From positions 64,001 to 128,000 of IMG/VR virus record IMGVR_UViG_3300020198_000887: DNA of 64,000 bases. One strand, given 5' to 3'. The translations under genes were made by a program, and so were the position numbers. This document shows, one piece after another, positions 61,701-64,000 of the stretch (its first letter is position 1; each line of letters begins with the position of its first letter). The stretch is from a virus. The notes under the pieces are model-generated. The model saw only the letters and a list, made by a program, of their open reading frames with translations, was not told where the DNA came from and made no database searches.

Positions 61701-62827
61701 ATGCCAAAGAAGAAGAAGAATCATCTCTTATGTTGTTAAGGGATGTTGGCGAATCCAAGGACTGGGTATTCTACAAGGTGATTGATACAGTTTCTGGGCT
61801 CGTCAAAGAAATAACTACCGATGAGAAATCAGCACGTGACTACATCAAAAAAAATACACATCAAAATGAGGAAGTTAGGATGTCAACCCTGTTATCTTCA
61901 CTTGCCCCACCAGGTGGTTTCAGTCATCATAGAGCGGTATCCAATGAAGTTGGTGATCTTTATGACCCCTCTAAGATTAGAGAAAAAACCCAATCTACCA
62001 ACAGCCAACCCGCTGAAACTAAACAAAAAGAAACTAGTATTTTTGAAGACATCGGGAACTTTTTTAGTTCACAAAATAAACCTGCTGAAACTAAACAAAA
62101 AGAAACTAATATTTTTGAAGACATCGGGGACTTTTTTAGTTCACAAAATAAACCTGCATATAGTTCAGGTAATGTTAAATATGGGGTAGTCCCACCCGAG
62201 GTGTCCGCTGAATTTAACCGAAATAAAGATAAATTAGCAGAAGAAATTAGCACTGAACAAGAGATACAGGCATATCGTAAAAAAGTTCATGAAAGTGGGA
62301 TGTATAGTGAAGAAAGCAAAAAATCACTTCCAAAACCAGATTATACAAAATTAAATGAACTTCTCGCTAAGAAACATGGTGGGTCGATTTCAGAAGACAG
62401 TAAACTAGTAATCCCACAAACAGCAATTAATAAACCAACAAAAGTTGGATCAGTACCTGATGCAGGAAAAATTGCAACCGAGCAGCTTAATAAAAATCTT
62501 GGGACATCAACATCTGAATGGTTGAGAAATTTAAAAACTAATTTTGGTAAGAAACACGTAACAGCTACTGAAAAACCACCATTATCCTCTAACATTGACA
62601 AAGTAAAACAAGCACCATCCAAACCGGACCTACATAAACCTGATGATAAAAAAGATGATATATCAATAAAACCAGTTGCTCATGAAATATCATTAAAAGA
62701 CATCAATGACCAACTAATAATGTTAAATATCAGTATAAAACATCTGATATCGCATTCTGAATCCATTAGCGATGCAGCGAGCAAAACAGCAAAACAGACC
62801 AGAACTATCAGTGGTTCTAGGGTTTAA
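58787..62827 (+). CDS. tape measure protein-like (long alpha-helical) with extended C-terminal region
   Basis: Ala/Gly/Gln-rich helical N-half; 'ASGTLG...IHKGETVVTPEQM' motif; adjacent to gp26 and portal; start moved to ATG 58787. Confidence 0.75.
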   Translation: MADLDDRDKEALLRRVNELVTANRTNSKPAANTGGLGELESGNMIKTVFGVAQDGLGKLADGSMGAADALHLTTGLISQFGTVAGLAGSALDKLGTGTIAVNQALNETGKYGVNLGNDLGLFNSSVKQAGLTMPEFTRLVERNATHLAGLGSNMNKSALAFLEIAEGVRTSDVGKQLQEAGMSAEELASATRSSMISQRAIARDDAASKRESIESALRFAQELNKTADISGKSRKEAEELVTQQQKRSEVESAMFLGGKDYAAATTLAQTSMSKWGKSLMEAYGDVVTGGPKDARGSNLQTALGSEVVAAMRRLDAANKTNNKEAQEAARKQLDAAMIARTNSVEFHETNRQLAGKYGEYSQMLSSLQSDTNRTAAAYQAGMAELAQEKPGTEITPEMAVDTAAFKQQMDQAGKKVNESGEIVDNSPAKLGRTINDIDMALKNGTAMLVGSFQDLNNKIGNTDGINSFQSKMRDLSSPEGVITEFNKKLSDASKVVGVAVDEFRKKYDIPEYNPTPPPPTTKESKGERASGTLGETGHPVELKDSILKIHKGETVVTPEQMKNLMSNISNSGAQHAMRESHELLKTITSNITPGGGSNITKMSDEALAANSRIVASENELQQKMAQTVAALGKEHPEKSLMELVKMKNADPEINQTKEDFNKLNAEIQARVSSLSKTIRDTGINEITATISEMVKSNNNVSNMAHEQYHVERLGVQKAFNDKEREQLKTHIQQVLSSLKEIVPSDFGTNNALDELSKLSSTLQNTTNIGNFTTEISKLTGINPAEINADDFKNEITQLKNNIGDGGKDVNNVISEHFKFYKNSNINFHKDLDADNADWDRQRLADTRQWKLEEGKSAEQLNAEILANKKQENAKLFEEAERARTVIGTSVAGIGEDAIAAMLPAGDTLERYYVDLDGKLQNYAADNAKKIEESSNAYSEIKLPDVTAFSETTKLLNDTSNIISSNAADSLSNAKEEEESSLMLLRDVGESKDWVFYKVIDTVSGLVKEITTDEKSARDYIKKNTHQNEEVRMSTLLSSLAPPGGFSHHRAVSNEVGDLYDPSKIREKTQSTNSQPAETKQKETSIFEDIGNFFSSQNKPAETKQKETNIFEDIGDFFSSQNKPAYSSGNVKYGVVPPEVSAEFNRNKDKLAEEISTEQEIQAYRKKVHESGMYSEESKKSLPKPDYTKLNELLAKKHGGSISEDSKLVIPQTAINKPTKVGSVPDAGKIATEQLNKNLGTSTSEWLRNLKTNFGKKHVTATEKPPLSSNIDKVKQAPSKPDLHKPDDKKDDISIKPVAHEISLKDINDQLIMLNISIKHLISHSESISDAASKTAKQTRTISGSRV
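62009..62157 (+). repeat. in-frame tandem duplication, 2 x 72 bp (+5 bp)
   Basis: Units start at 62009 and 62081 with 3 mismatches; encode PAETKQKET(S/N)IFEDIG(N/D)FFSSQNK. Confidence 0.95.
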
Positions 62828-62838
62828 GGAAAATTTTA

Positions 62839-64000
62839 ATGTCATGGAAAAAATATTTTACACCTGTGCCAGTAGGTAAAGAGCTAAGTCCGTTAACTAG
62901 CCTTGGTAACACATCAAAAGCAGGTCCTGCACGAACCAATTATTCAAGTTATTTACCTGATGTATACACGGGTAGTCCAAATAGGATTGAGAGATATCAA
63001 CAATACGAAGTAATGGACAGCGATCCAGAAGTTAATGCGGCCCTTGATATTTTAGCAGAATTCTGTACACAAAAATTGAAGAATGGAAAAAGCCCATTTA
63101 CTGTTAAATGGCATAATAAAGCTTCTAATTCTGAAGTGCGAATTCTATCTGAATACCTACAACAATGGAATACGTTACAACATTTTGACACTAGAATTTT
63201 TAGAATTGTGCGTAATGTGTACAAGTATGGGGATGCGTTCTTTATTCGTGACCCAGAGACCCAAAAATGGTCTTGGGTTGATCCTTCTAAAATTGTAAAA
63301 ATAATTATAAATGAAAGTGATGGTAAAAAACCTGAACAATATATTATCAAAGATTTAGCACCGAACTTTGAAAATTTGGTTGTCACTCAGATAACACCCA
63401 ACATAAACCCACGACAAGCTGGTGGTGGGATGATGTCAGGATCAGGATATATGGGAACACAATCTGCACAGCGTGGCACTAGTGGACCATACCCGAGTGC
63501 AAGTTCTGGTAGCAGGTTCGGGTTATCTGAAACAGAATATGCAATTGGTGCAGAACATGTTGTTCATATTAGTTTATCTGAAGGATTAGATAATAACTAT
63601 CCATTTGGTAATAGTTTGTTGGAAAATGTGTATAAGGTATATAAACAAAAGGAACTTTTAGAAGATGCTATTCTAATATATCGTATACAACGTGCTCCAG
63701 AACGTCGAGTGTTTCATATTGATGTTGGTAATATGCCTTCACATATGGCTATGGCGTTTGTTGAACGTGTAAAAAATGAAATCCACCAACGACGTATTCC
63801 TAGTCAATCGGGTGGCGGGCAAAACGTTATAGATAGTGCATATAACCCGTTATGTCTCGACCTGACTACTAGAATACCATTATTGGACGGAAGAATATTA
63901 AGTTTATCTGAGTTGATAAGTGAATTTGAACATGGGAAAGAGAATTGGGCTTATAGTTGTGACCCATCTACTGGAAAAATCGTACCTGGTGTTATTAATT
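62839..64000 (+). CDS. gp20: portal vertex protein (T4 gp20-like), 3'-truncated, intein-containing; missing from the ORF track
   Basis: TAAGGA RBS; own translation MSWKKYF...MDSDPEVNAALDILAEF...LLEDAILIYRIQRAPERRVFHIDVGNMP, which contains the gp20 hallmark motif. Confidence 0.93.
   Translation, partial: MSWKKYFTPVPVGKELSPLTSLGNTSKAGPARTNYSSYLPDVYTGSPNRIERYQQYEVMDSDPEVNAALDILAEFCTQKLKNGKSPFTVKWHNKASNSEVRILSEYLQQWNTLQHFDTRIFRIVRNVYKYGDAFFIRDPETQKWSWVDPSKIVKIIINESDGKKPEQYIIKDLAPNFENLVVTQITPNINPRQAGGGMMSGSGYMGTQSAQRGTSGPYPSASSGSRFGLSETEYAIGAEHVVHISLSEGLDNNYPFGNSLLENVYKVYKQKELLEDAILIYRIQRAPERRVFHIDVGNMPSHMAMAFVERVKNEIHQRRIPSQSGGGQNVIDSAYNPLCLDLTTRIPLLDGRILSLSELISEFEHGKENWAYSCDPSTGKIVPGVIN
63853..64000 (+). 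mobile_element. intein (N-terminal Hint block A) inserted in the portal protein
   Basis: After '...SAYNPL' the frame continues CLDLTTRIPLLDGRILSLSELISEFEHGKENWAYSCDPSTGKIVPGVIN, i.e. Cys1 + 'CL...T.I.L.DG....I.EL'. Confidence 0.88.

Noticed and set aside
62009-62157. CRISPR-like or guide array
   Set aside because: Two contiguous 72-bp in-frame units with no spacers; a coding duplication
62997-63386. ORF-track ORFs 62997-63386 (-) and 63083-63298 (+)
   Set aside because: Both overlap the real portal gene (62839 to window end), which the track missed because it has no stop in the window
1-64000. Stop-codon reassignment (alternative genetic code), as in some jumbo phages
   Set aside because: Conserved genes up to 14 kb are intact in code 11 and coding density is high; TAA, TGA and TAG all terminate genes

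Overview
64-kb AT-rich segment of a large, T4-related (jumbo) myophage genome, read in the standard code. 1-6563 (+): small hypothetical genes, a MoxR-type AAA+ ATPase paired with a HEXXH-metallopeptidase/VWA protein, and thyX, under near-consensus sigma70 promoters. 6648-51265 (-): a ~45-kb tail/baseplate block. It holds two giant paralogous fibres built of Calx-beta-like Ig repeats (separated by a chaperone-like gene and a 2OG-Fe(II) oxygenase), three paralogous short fibre/collar proteins, a 4673-aa wedge-like protein and gp6-, gp25-, gp5-, gp27-, gp53- and gp48/54-like genes. 51430-64000: gp55 late sigma, gp47/gp46 (Mre11/Rad50-like), an Hc1-like protein, a SegE-type GIY-YIG nuclease, a ~600-nt non-coding gap, gp26/gp51-like genes, tape measure and the 5' part of the portal. 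Three observations stand out. (1) The gap after the GIY-YIG gene has its own sigma70 promoter and contains a ~400-500-nt densely base-paired segment with several pseudoknots, a candidate large structured ncRNA I cannot assign to a named family. (2) A canonical T-TTT-TTC slippery site would fuse the gp26-like and gp51-like ORFs by -1 frameshift, like lambda G/GT. (3) An intein starts inside the portal protein. A TAAATA late-promoter box sits 19-25 nt upstream of many genes. All homology calls come from motif recognition only; no database search was run.
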